This document shows positions 1 through 11,585 of a stretch of DNA of 64,000 nucleotides, piece after piece. Positions within the stretch are counted from its first letter, which is position 1, and every line of letters begins with the position of its first letter. Source of the DNA: Ancylonema sp. (taxonomy: Eukaryota); NCBI GenBank assembly GCA_050230475.1, contig JBFLGF010000154.1, positions 1 to 64,000 on the forward strand, written 5' to 3'. Under the pieces are notes generated by a model. It was not told where the DNA came from. It made no database searches and was given only the letters and a program-made list of their open reading frames with translations. The translations under genes and the position numbers were made by a program.

Positions 1-3000
1 TCCCCACCCTCGCCGCCACCCGCATCCTGTCCCTCCAGTGCCCCGCACGTGTGTTTGTGTGCGTGGGGATGGTGGACAGCAAGATGGGGGGGGCGGTGGG
101 GCAGGGGGTCCAACCCTCGGCGATTTTCGGGGGCCGAGTCCTGTGTACAAACGCGGGGTGGCGGTCCGCCGAACCCTCCACCCTGTCGGCGGTCGCGATG
201 CACGCCACCCTCACGGAACTCATGCTGCTATGCGCACAGCAGGCGGCTGGGGGGGCGGTTGGGGGTTTTTTGCCCCTAGGGATGAGACTGAGCGCGAGAG
301 ACGTGCAAGATCTGGGGGTGAGAGATTTAATCAATCTATAATTTCACGATACGACTTCAGACAGGACTTTGGTTCCGTTTGGTGACGTGGCATGGGTTGG
401 TTGGGGTTGGGGGTGGGGTGTTTCAGCGCGTGCGCGACGGTTTTGTGGAGCGCGGTTGCGTTGCTCTTGTGGGTTGGGATGCGTCCGGGAGTGAGGTGGA
501 TTCGGATGTGCACACGGAACTGCAAGCACAGGGGAGAAGGGTGAGAGGGGGGAGAAGGCAGAGGGAGGGAGGGTGGAGGCGGGAAGTGCAGTCCAATGGT
601 CCAATGGATCAGGGGGATTCAAACACTTCACAATGCGACACCCAGGGTTGACGTGACGTAGTCAACCCTCCGTAAGGCACCCTCTGTCTGGGCACACCAT
701 CTTTGACGGCACACACTTTGGCGAACATGCGCTACATTTTCTATAGCTGCTACCCTGTGCAAAAGGCACACCCTCCAAGTAAACTCCCAAACATGTACAA
801 AGGATGAAGTGTACCCTGAACCTCCCCCCTTCCCCCTTCCCCTCAGTGGGCCTTCCACATCCTGGAGACCCCTCTCGCCTGGCTCCTCTCCTGTCTCTAT
901 ATAGTCGCAACGGTGGTGGGCGGAATCGCACCATTCAACGAAATTAGAAAAGGGATCCAACTACGTAACCAACCCCCACCCCCTTCCCCCATGCCACGTG
1001 GCACCCGTGCCAATCGGAGATCAGGGGGAAAGGAGGGGCTGAGGGGGGGGGGGATCTGTGGTAATGGGTTCAGGGGGTGGGGGCGGGGAGGCCGTTGCTT
1101 ATATCGCCCATGCCCTGGACAGTGTTGTGTACTGCTTCCTGCCTGTGCTCTGCGCCCTGCTACTGAGGGTGGTGCAAGGGCGGGAAGTGATGGCGAGGAT
1201 AGGGGGGAGGACTTTGGTGGGTGGGGGGGGGGGGACTTTGGAGGAGGGTAGGGATGGTGGGGAGAGGTTGATAGGTGGCATGGTGATTTTTTTCCTCAGG
1301 TGATAGCCGACATTCCGTACGTGCATCAGTTGTTGGAGGTGTACGTGTCAAAATTGTTTGCGCTCAGCTACTTCTTGGCAGGGGAAGGAAAGAAAGAGGG
1401 ACGGGGTACAAAACGATCCGTCTACATATATACTATGTAAATTAACACCCTGTCTGATGTAGTTCAAATTTACATGGAAAGAAAGAAAGAAAACAAAATG
1501 GCACTCACCTAGAAATTTGACGCGCGAAATAATGTCTGATGTGGCAAAATCATCGGTCCCGACAATACACGTCCACACATATTCTATTGTACGGAGATTG
1601 GTGTTTCTATGGTGTTCATGTTAAGGCTCATGTTCATTTTCAGGATCATGCTCATTTCAAGGTTTATGTTCAGATTCATGTTCAGGTTCTGAACCCGGTT
1701 TCTGGTTTTATGTTTCCAGGATTGGAGGTTCACGGCGCCAACAGTATGGACCATTTCGTCCACCGATTTACTCACCGGGTGAAGAGAGGGACGCTGATAG
1801 CAATCGGACGACCTGACGGACGGCTTTGCAGTCAAACCAAATGTGAGGGCAGCCGGGGGGGGGGGTCCCATGCGGACGGCCCACTGCGGACGGCGGACGG
1901 GTGGTGTAGTTAACGGTTGACGTTTATTTTGTTCCCCCCTTGTAGGCGAGTCTTGGGTGCTCATGGCGCTGCTTCAAGCGAGATCGATTGTCAGTTTGGG
2001 GGCGGGAGCAGAAGCCGTAACAGTAGGTGAGAAGAATAAGGAAAGTTTATTCCTTCCTTGGAACAAACCCTTAAACCCAAAGACTCGGGGGGGGGGGGGG
2101 GGAATCGAAAAAATACTCCAAAGAACTCGGAGTAAATAAAACTATTTTTTCTTTGTATGTGGCCAAGAGATCGGGGATTGGGCATTGCTATCTTATATTT
2201 TTGCTTTCTTTGGCCTACCCGTCCGCAGGTCACAACCCGCACACGTCCGCTGTGATCAAGCGCCACGTGGTCCTCCCCACCCACCGCCCCCACTTTTTGT
2301 GCGAGAAACTGATGGGTGTGGAGGAACTGGAGCCAGTAAGCACACACGCATCCTACTCGAACGATTCTTATCTTAGGGTTGTCCGCATCCCCATTTCTCC
2401 CTTCCTTTGTCGGTGTCGGTGTGCAGCTGGAGCGTTTCGCCAGTCGGGTTCACGCCCTGTCGGTGGCGGGGACCAAGGGGCGGAATGGGTTCGAGTCCCT
2501 GGATGGCGCCGTCATCGGCGTGCATTTGTGCCAAGAGGGTACCCTCACACAAGCGCGGCGACGATCGGTAGGTTAGGAAGAAGTGGAGGGTAAAGAGAGG
2601 GAGGGGCGGGGTTGATACTTCACAAACGTTTCTCATTCCCTCCCTCCCAGCTCTCCATTTTGGCTCACGGACGGTCGGATATTGAGGAGGAGGAGATGGA
2701 GGACCCGTCCACACGTCAGCACGTCTTTTTAGGATTGGGTGTGGATACCCGGCGGGTGTTGGAACAACAAGTGGGGGTGGAAGAGCTGACGGAGAACCGG
2801 TTCTTGTCATTGGAACGGTTGATCGCATTCCAGGTTAGCCATGAAGCTAGAACGAATACATCATCTTCATTCGTTTCACTCAATCTCCAAACTCGCCTTC
2901 TCCAACCTGTCTCCCGCCTCCGCCTCCGCCCCTGCCCCCGCCCCCACCCCAGGTGTTATTCCACCACATGGCTCGGATCGTGGCCTCTGCCTGGCCACTC

Positions 3001-3453
3001 AATTTCGACCCCGACCGCTCCCAGTCCCGCCTCCGCATCGCAACCACCGCCGCACCCGTGTCAGCGGCGGATCTGGAGCGTGAATGGCTCGAATCGCAAA
3101 GTGACACGTGGAAGGACGTGACGGTGCACAAGAGGGGAATCGTTCGTGGAGAGGGGTCTTTAAAGGGGGGCGCATCGCTTCTACTTCCCGGGATTATGAG
3201 GGGGGAAGGTTCATTTAAGCGCCTTTTGTGGGGACAAAGGGGGACGGATGTAGAGACGGCAGAAGAATCAAAAGGGTCTGCGGATTTCCTCGGACAAACT
3301 CTTAGTCGAAGTGTGAGGTATTTGATGGGTCTTTCACCCAGTAGGGAGGCGGCAAAAAGGGGAAGTAGGTCGATGAGTGTGCGTAGGGTGTCGGGGCGGA
3401 AGGAGATGGGATTGCGGGTGGAGGAGGAGGAACACACTACTCGAAGCATCTAG
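1..3453 (+). CDS. 3' part of a multi-exon gene for a large GlmS-like (glutamine amidotransferase/SIS-family) membrane protein of the uncharacterised cyanobacterial/algal type. Exons approx <1-317, 427-540, 847-964, 1074-1216, 1300-1381 (or -1405), 1720-1842, 1946-2026, 2229-2377, 2427-2567, 2651-2833, 2953-3453
   Basis: Phase-consistent splicing joins motifs NAGWRSAEPSTLSAVAMHATLTELML, WAFHILETPLAW (followed by a hydrophobic segment), LLLRVVQGREVMARIGGRTLVIADIPYVHQLLEVYVSKLFALSY, LEVHGANSMDHFVHRFTHRVKRGTLIAIGRPDGR, ENRFLSLERLIAFQV and RSQSRLRIATTAAPVS. These match, in order, the C-terminal half of a large cyanobacterial GlmS-like hypothetical protein family as I recall it. The start lies upstream of the window. 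Confidence 0.75.
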
Positions 3454-5078
3454 TTACGAGGGGGAGGGAGCGATCTCGTTTGCACCACAAATGAAGACAT
3501 GATTGCGACATACGCTCGATAATTGCATTGGTTGTTCCATACGTAGTAAGGGTGGAAGATACGTAGAGTGCGAAATCTTCCTTAGGACGCTTTCGGAAAC
3601 AACAAATGAAAATGAGGCGGGCATGGTAAGGAAGACCACACATTCACCTCTATTCAACACTTTTGTAGTGGATTTTGCATCGTAATCATAGATAAACGGG
3701 CGAAGGACACGTTGGGTTGGTTCATGCATGTCGTAGGTGCAAGTAGGCACCTAGCTGAGATCGTCCCGCCTGAAATTTTGGGTGAAAGGAACACACAAAT
3801 GCATCGGCACGCTCTGAAAACGAGGCTATCTAGCGCAATTACGTTGCCTTGTGCACGGCATCACCGATTTGTAGCTCCCACACGTGATTGATGTACAAAG
3901 GATAGAATAAAGCTAAATCACTTTTGTGTTTGGGAAAGTTGACAAGAACTTCAAACAACCCAAAAGCAGAATGGGAGTGATCTTTGTTCCGGTTTGTATG
4001 TACATCAATCGAGGGAGCAGCTAAGGCTTACTAACTATGCCAAGGCTAAATTTTGAATTGATCGAGTGTTTGCTTACATTCGGTTGTGGAGTGAGGTGCC
4101 GACTTGTTTCGCATAGGCTTACAAGCTTGGTATGTATTATGTATCACATGACCAAATGATATTATCGATTGCGTTTGGTACATCGACCCTATCTTAGGCT
4201 GAGATTTTTACGCCATCATTCCGTTGGAATCGGAGGTGGAGTGATATTCTTTTGTACGAAAAGGAAAACCATGATATTATGGAATATCGGAACATGTATT
4301 CCCTAGCAAAGCCATATTGTTTTTGAGAATAAGTTGATATGAAGTCAAAATGATAAGAATTGTATGATTATGTTCTTGAAAAACACATGTTGTGAAGAAT
4401 GCTGGAAAAATAATGGATAATTGTGAAATAATCTAAAATATATATACTTGAGACAAAAGCACCGGAAATTCGGGGGGGGGGGGGGTGGGGGGGTGGAATT
4501 AGTTTAATATCTAGAATGAGAGTGATGTAAAAATAAAATATTAGATAACATTCCCAAAAAAAAAAAAAAAAAAAAAAACACGTCTACGGCCGTTTGGCAA
4601 ACTGTCGTACATTGTACGGACGTTTGGAAAGGTGCGTTTGGAAAGGCGTTTGGTGTTGCGTCCATACGGCCAAAAGGGCCGTTTTGTCGTTTAGACGTTT
4701 TGCTTTCTCAAAATGCGTACGCGTTTTGATTCTACTGTGCCAATAACCACTATATTGTGTTATCGCATGAACTCCATAGCATTTCTCGAGAATTTTATCG
4801 TTCTCTTCCACTGCATCGAATTCATCGACTTATTCCGAACTCCACGGTTTCCTCATCCAGTGGAAGGCAGCGTTCAACACCTGCGCGTTAATGGCCACAG
4901 CTTATCTACTATCCATCACCATACACAAATCTCCAAGAGCCGCTTATGAGGCGGTCATGCCCTTAATCCCGAGTAGTATAAGTAGGCAATAGTAGGCGAT
5001 TTGCGAAAATTGATATATGACAATGCAATCCGAGGTGCATTTTCGAGAAAACGGAACTCGCTTACTCTGCGAGTATTG

Positions 5079-6223
5079 CATAGTTGCACGGACCGGCAGA
5101 CCAGGGTCCCGAGGACCTGGTTCCGGACCAGGGTCCGTCCTTTTAGGTCTAAAACCCGGACCGGCTGGTTGGGGTAATCTGGATTTAGGGGTTTTGATGA
5201 GATTTCCGTGACGACAAAACCTCGAAGACTTTTTTTCGCGAATATGATTATTTTTTACGTCGCACAAAAACTTCCAAACTAATATTTCCCATAACAAATA
5301 AAAATAGGAATATACATAACATACTATAAAACCTAGAATGCTTCACAATATATAGCGTTTTTCACCAATGTCCGAGGAAATCATTTTGGGAAATGCTCTA
5401 GGTCAATTGGAATGGTTTGAAATACGCTTTATTTTTTTCTCTTCTCGTTTCAAATGTTGGTATGACATGATGCACATGTGAGGCACAAAATTTCATGATG
5501 AAGAGAAAAAACATCATGAAATAATTTGTAAAAATTAAAACACCCATATCCAACACTTTCTATCCAGGATTTGCTTTCTACGCCCACATATTTGTATTCA
5601 CTCTTCAATCCATCTTCAAAACACTCCACGTTCCTTACTTTCATTTCCCACATAATAAATGGGCGAATTCCATCTCTATTATTTAAGGTGCCACACAGCC
5701 AGTGCCGTTTGCCTACGCGATTAGTTGCCTACATACGTTGCATACCAAACTTGGTGGCTCAAAGTGAGGCGTATACAAATTTGACAAAGCAACTCCATAG
5801 GCTTATTGAAATAACGAATCACGTAATTTATTTTACTGACCCCTGAATCTCTGGTAAGGAAACCATGAAAACCGTCATCACGTTCGATTGATGCTATCGG
5901 ATGGTGACTTTCAATGCGAAAGATCCCACCATATTGGTCAATTTGATCCATTATCTCAATCAATGGGCAGTTGGATGTAAGAATGTTTTTTTTTAATAAA
6001 AATATGTAATTCAATTTGGCTACGAATTTGCAAGCCACGAATGACACATGTATATCACACGTGTGAGGCAAAGAGAATAACAAATGCCATACACCCTTTT
6101 TTCCCGCGGAAAATTTGCCGAGCAAAAAAACCCCTAAACGATCCCCGGTCCGATCGAGTCCCGACTCCGGACCCGGTCCGACCGCGGTCCGAAAATCAAA
6201 TATTTTCGGTCCATGCAACTATG
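5079..6223. mobile_element. Non-autonomous hAT element (CATAGTTG-terminal family)
   Basis: TIRs CATAGTTGCACGGACC...GGTCCATGCAACTATG. Perfect 8-bp TSD GAGTATTG at 5071-5078 and 6224-6231. GGACC/GGTCC subterminal repeats. Confidence 0.9.
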
Positions 6224-6979
6224 GAGTATTGTATGTCTGCATGTTTGTGAGTCACCGGCACTATGGATGTTGTACAGTGGACTCGGAACACTTCGGCATT
6301 CGTCAAATTACGATTGAGGTTGTCCTTGCAATCGTGATTGATAGTATACCTCCGTCCCATGCCATAATCGTAATTTATACTTACGGTGCACGCTTATCCG
6401 GGTTATCATGTCACTAATACTACGCGGAACATACGTCTTGAGTTCCGACCGATGGTAATTCACACCAAAAAATATTTCGTAGTTTTATGACTGAAGTAAA
6501 ATGGGTGAAATTACGATAACATTTACTGTCGAAATCCATTTAAGGTCATATTCATATTCTAAATCCTTATCATGACCCGTGACAAATGTGTGCACGTAGG
6601 AAAATCATCAAACACGTTTTTGAATATGAGTTTGTACAATATAAATACACATACATGTTTTCTCGTTCGCGCACTTTTTTTTACAGTCATTCACACGTGA
6701 AGATGCCACACCAAAATTGGGTATGTACACGTTCACTACAATTATTTGATTTTATGACCACATTTATCCACCTCCGTGTGGAACATATTGAGGAATCGTA
6801 GCAACCGATTGAAGTGGTTTAAAGCCCGGGGGACCGTGGATTTCTCTAGATTATTCGTTATAGAGATGAAGTGAGAATCGATCGAGTACAAATTTAATGA
6901 TGTGTGCGGGGAGCCCGGAGCCCACGAGACCCGGGTTCATTGAGCGGAGGCCAAAGGGGTCTATGGGCTTAGTGTACAA

Positions 6980-7530
6980 TGGTAGTGACATCTCTATAGT
7001 GAAATTCGGGGCATTATAACGTGTATCACAATAACGATTGTCACTATGTAAAGCGGATTTTTACATAGGATTAGAAGAAGGGCAAAAAAAATGTCAGCGT
7101 ATCGTTATTTTCACTGTATCGAGTGTTACTATATCAAGGGTTTACAGTAGTTGAAATAATGAACCAATCCTTTTGTACCCCGCATCATAAACCAACCCTG
7201 TTGTACCCCGCATCGCTCTAAAAAATATCCGTTCCTCTAATTCGGTAAAAAAAAAGGGGGGGGGGGTTAAATTTAGGTATTCTTCCCCCCCCCCCGCGCT
7301 TCAGATTTTCAACCCCCTCATCCGTACAAATAATTTGTACGGATACGTACGGGATCCGTACACTAGTAGTTAGCACATCGGCGGGACCGGGAAAAATTAT
7401 CACTTATCACGTTTGAGAGGTTTGTAAATAATTACACCGCCGAAGGTCGGGACCGAAAAAAAATGTCAATTAAAACAGGTTATCAATTAAGACAATATTA
7501 ACTAAGACAAGTATTATTGTAACCCGAATT
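6980..7530. repeat. Tc1/mariner(pogo)-like MITE fragments, repeated at ~8480-9185 and partly at ~53640-54205
   Basis: Shared blocks such as TAGTGACATCTCTATAGT, CTATATCAAGGGTTTAC, TACCCCGCAT, GGACCGGGAAAA and TTTGAGAGGTTTGT recur in the same order. Confidence 0.7.
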
Positions 7531-7537
7531 CCGTTTA

Positions 7538-8202
7538 CCGTACTGGGCACCGTAAATAATTTTTAATTAATTATTGAAACCCAAAAGTAATCATTTAAAT
7601 TAATTACTAAATGGTTAAAAAAGGGTACTCAAAATCATCAATAAATCCCGTTTTAGGAATCATTTACGAGAAATTCGGGGTCTCCTGGATGTGACTCTTG
7701 ATGTGATGAAACGGGGTACACGACAAATTAGGCACGTGCAAAAGGACACATTTTTGGACGAGTGATATTTACGACGTCAGAAACTACGTACCGGGCCCTG
7801 AAGTCCCAGGATATGGGAAATAATATCGAATAGATGCGCTACACGACAAATCAAGACCATCCATGACGACAAAATTGTGACCGGTCGAGATTCGAGATAT
7901 CGCGACTAGTACGAGTGCTTGCCACGTGCACTTGTGACGTCAAAATGTACGGTAAATATGTAAGAATGACCCAGATAAGGACAAATCATTATATTTTAAA
8001 TTCCTAAACAAGGAAATCTTTTACGCTTTTTATTCCAACAATCCGGAATCATCCCCAAAAATCATTGATAATAACTAACGGATTCATGGAATCATTACCA
8101 GAAATCATCGATAGTAACTAACGGAATCCCGGGATTCTGAAAAATCTTTACGAAAATAATTAATTGTGGAAAAACAGAAATCATTTAGGGTGCCGATTAC
8201 TG
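7538..8202. mobile_element. Tc1/mariner-type MITE, CCGTACTGGGCACCGTAAAT family (long copy)
   Basis: TIRs CCGTACTGGGCACCGTAAATAATTT...AAATCATTTAGGGTGCCGATTACTG, flanked by TA on both sides. Confidence 0.8.
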
Positions 8203-8203
8203 T

Positions 8204-9180
8204 ACATTGTAGTATCGATATAGTAACACACTCTACAGTGACAATCTCGATATAAACGGCGTTTGCTCTAATATCCAATCGCTGTAGTAGAATTTTCTGA
8301 AGTAATAATGTGAGGACCGATTTTTTTTTTAAAAAAAGACAATCCGAAATGCAAAATGTGACTGCAATTAATTTTCACGTCAGGTTTTCGGTGAATTACC
8401 AAAACCGGGTAGATAATTTTTTGTAAGATTTGTGAGGTTGTTAATTTGCACAGCATTAATCTAGACAAGTTTATGTTTACAATAGTGACATCTCTATAGT
8501 AACATCCGGGAAGTTTTGGTCACTATAACGTGTGTAGTGACACAACGACTGTCACTATACAGAGTGGGTTTTATAGGATTATAATTAAGGCGAAAAACAT
8601 GTCTCTATATCGTGTTTTCCACTATATCGAGTGTCACCATATCAAGGGTTTACTATACGGTAAAACCTGTCTAAAAGAATACTGTCGGGACTTGAAAATA
8701 CGATTCCTTTATGCAGTTTATTCATTTAGACAGAGGCGGTTCCAAACAAATCCGGGTTTGGGACCGGAATTTTGTATTCCTTTAGAGAGGTTATTCCTTT
8801 AGACGGTATTCCTTTAGACAGGTTGTCGTGTAGTTGAAAACATAAACCAGCCCTCCATAGTTATACCCCGCATTGCTCTATAAAATATACGTTTTTCTTT
8901 ATTCGGTTTTTTGTTTTGTTAGTACGGTTTTTCTTTAGGTTCCCCCCCTCCCCACTGCCCCACCATTGTAACCCCTTATCCTTACAAATATTTTGTACGG
9001 ATATGTACGGATTCCGTACATTAATAATTCGAAGGTCGATAGGACCGGGAAAATTTATCAAATATCACATTTGAGAGGTTTGTTAATAATTACATCCGCC
9101 CAAGGTCGGGAGCGGAAAAAAACATCAATCAAGACAGGTTATTAATTAAGACATTTTTATTAGAAAGGTTTTACTGTAAC
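8204..9180. mobile_element. Cluster of adjacent/nested TA-flanked pogo/Tigger-like MITEs, including 8658-8830 with TIR CGGTAAAACCTGTCTAAA
   Basis: Inverted termini AAACCTGTCTAAA/TTTAGACAGGTT and TTAGAAAGGTTTTACTG. ACACACTCTACAGTGACAATCTCGATATA is shared with ~9215. Confidence 0.6.
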
Positions 9181-9647
9181 CCGAAATGCATATGTAGTGC
9201 AGTCTTGATATAATGACACACTCTACAGTGACAATCTCGATATAGTAACAATTTTGTTGCCCTATTTATAATCGTCTATCGTATATAGTTACAATCGCTA
9301 TAGTGACACACGTGATAGTGACCAAAAATTTAATGATCACTACAACGATGTCGCTTTAAGTGAAACCGGTCTAAATCAATATTGTGCAAATCAATAACCT
9401 ATCTAATTTAGTAGGAGATATTTTTCCCAATTTCGGATTTTCACCCAGAATCTAACGTGTGAATGTATAACTTGATTGAATACATATTTTTCAAGTTCCC
9501 GACATTATTGATTGATGCATCTTTTATTGAATCAAGCGGATATCGTAACAAACGCGATTCAGATGACCCACCACCTTCAATGCGCACCTGATGTGATGGC
9601 TCAAACTACGCAAATATCACTTTCTCTCGATATAGTGACATTCGCCC

Positions 9648-10222
9648 TAGTGATGCACTGGACGGCAAAAATGCCTGCAAACACCGTATTGCAAACTCGT
9701 ACGTACGGAATACGTGCGTACGGCGAAAGTTGCAGACGGCGTTTCTAAAATGTTTATATTTGAAAACGTTTTGCAATCGTTCGAATTTGCAAACGTTTTG
9801 CAAACGCCTCCAGCGTATTTCTTCATTTTCTCTATAGTACACTTCCAATAACTAAAGTATGAAAGTTTGTACGCCTCGTCATCATTGGTTCATGACGATC
9901 ACCGGTAAAACGTAACCAACATTTGGTGAAACTTCCAAAAAGCCAAAAAAAAACTACACTCAAACGTTTGTGACCGCAAACGTTTGCATCCGTACAATCC
10001 GTACACGTTTGCCGCATTTCAGGGACGTATTTCAATCCTTTGCAATCTCAAACTTTGGCATCCGTACATTCCGTACACGTTTGGCGCATTTCACGGACGT
10101 ATTCCGGACTTGTGCGAGCAAATCCGTACGACGTTTGCATTTGCGAGGGACGGCAGATTGCTATCGGCCCCGTGAGGAAAACGTGCCGTACGGAATACGG
10201 GCACCGTCCCTGTGCATCACTG
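9648..10222. mobile_element. hAT-like MITE nested in a Tigger-like element (~9195-10587)
   Basis: TIRs TAGTGATGCACTGGACGG...CCGTCCCTGTGCATCACTG. Imperfect 8-bp flanks (CATTCGCC/CATTTTCC). CCGTAC/AAACGTTT subterminal repeats, with related sequence at ~4584-4720. Confidence 0.7.
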
Positions 10223-10266
10223 CATTTTCCCAATGTCGCCCTATTGAATGCCACCATATAGTGTAC

Positions 10267-10519
10267 CCGTACTGGGCACCGTAAATGATTTTTAATTAAT
10301 TATTGAAACCCGAAATCAATCATTTATGTTAATACCTACGAGGTCGGGATCATTAACCAGAAATTTTTGGATTTGTTTTGAATTTTGTATGTAGGTTACC
10401 AAATATCATTGCCAAAAATCATCAATAATAACTACCGGATTCCCGGAATCTTTCTTACAAATCATTAACAAATTAATTCGTTTTGAAAAAACAGAAATCA
10501 TTTACGGTGCCGAGTACGG
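10267..10519. mobile_element. Tc1/mariner-type MITE, CCGTACTGGGCACCGTAAAT family
   Basis: TIRs CCGTACTGGGCACCGTAAATGATTT...AAATCATTTACGGTGCCGAGTACGG. Near-identical to 18349-18619. Confidence 0.85.
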
Positions 10520-10600
10520 TATAGTGACAACCCTAGCATTCAATATAGTGACATAAAACTTTGCTGTCACTATTTCAATACTGCATTCCCCCCCCCCCTC

Positions 10601-11038
10601 TAGGGTTTGCGACACCGCCCTACAGCCCTACTCCCTACCGTTTCCCCGCGGTAGCTACCGCGGTAGCTACCGATGCTCAAATATGCAGTAGGAGGTAAGG
10701 AAATTAGCCCAACCGCGGTTGGCTCGGTAGGGGGTAGGGCGGTAGGAAATACTCGGTAGGGAACGGTAGGGAACGGTAGGGAACATTAGGGAATCGAATA
10801 TTTCCGGTACTTTTTTTTTGTCGCAAATTATATGTTTGACTTTACGCTGGAAAAAAAACCCTACCGTTTCCTACCGCTCCCTACCGTGTCCCTACCGATT
10901 TCCCTACTGCCTACCGCCGCCCTACCCCGGACCGATGCCCAGCCGGACTGAATCCAAAATCGGTAGGAAGCGGTAGGGGGAGAATACCGTGGTACAAACC
11001 CCCTACCGCGGGCCGAAAATGCGGTGTCACCAACCCTA
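10601..11038. mobile_element. hAT-like MITE (TAGGG termini) just upstream of NDUFB7
   Basis: TIRs TAGGGTTTGCGACACCGC...GCGGTGTCACCAACCCTA. Many CTACCG/CGGTAG subterminal repeats. C-rich flanks compatible with an 8-bp TSD. Confidence 0.8.
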
Positions 11039-11050
11039 CCCCCCCCTGCC

Positions 11051-11076
11051 TGGGCTCCCCCGACTGGGCTCCCCCG
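11051..11076 (+). promoter_or_regulatory. Duplicated site-II-like motif (TGGGCT) upstream of NDUFB7
   Basis: Direct repeat CTGGGCTCCCCCG x2, ~250 bp upstream of the ATG. TGGGCY site-II elements are typical of plant respiratory-chain gene promoters. Confidence 0.35.
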
Positions 11077-11309
11077 CACACTAAAGTTTAGCCGGGATAT
11101 GAAATCAGATTGGTTTCACGCGGTCATTTGCGCTTAACAATCGTGAAAGCCATTTTCTGCTGACAGAAACAAGAGGAGGGTAGATAGTAAATAGGGACTA
11201 CATCTGTTGCAACCTTCCTCCGAACCTTGATGCGCGGGTCCGGTCTTGAGGGCCCCATCACCAACTTCTGTTCCATCGGCATCACCACACTCGACCACTT
11301 ATCTGCAAC

Positions 11310-11585
11310 ATGACGGGTGGCGAGGAGCGTGTGATGGTGGCATCTCGAGAGGAGATGATGGCCGCGAAGTTACCGCTTGCGGCGCGAGACTACTGCGCCC
11401 ATCTACTCATCCCACTCAACAAATGCAGGCGGGAGAAGTTTTATTTGCCATGGAACTGCGAAATGGAGCGACACGGGTATGAAAAGTGTGAGTACGAGCT
11501 TTTTGTGGAGCGGGTCAAAAAGATGACTGCACTAAGAGAAGAGAAGCTTGCTCAGGGCACCACTCAGCTCCAACCTTCATCGTGA
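11310..11585 (+). CDS. NDUFB7: NADH dehydrogenase (ubiquinone) 1 beta subcomplex subunit 7 (B18), intronless CDS
   Basis: 91 aa MVASREEMMAAKLPLAARDYCAHLLIPLNKCRREKFYLPWNCEMERHGYEKCEY with twin CX9C motifs, the B18 signature. Confidence 0.95.
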   Translation: MTGGEERVMVASREEMMAAKLPLAARDYCAHLLIPLNKCRREKFYLPWNCEMERHGYEKCEYELFVERVKKMTALREEKLAQGTTQLQPSS

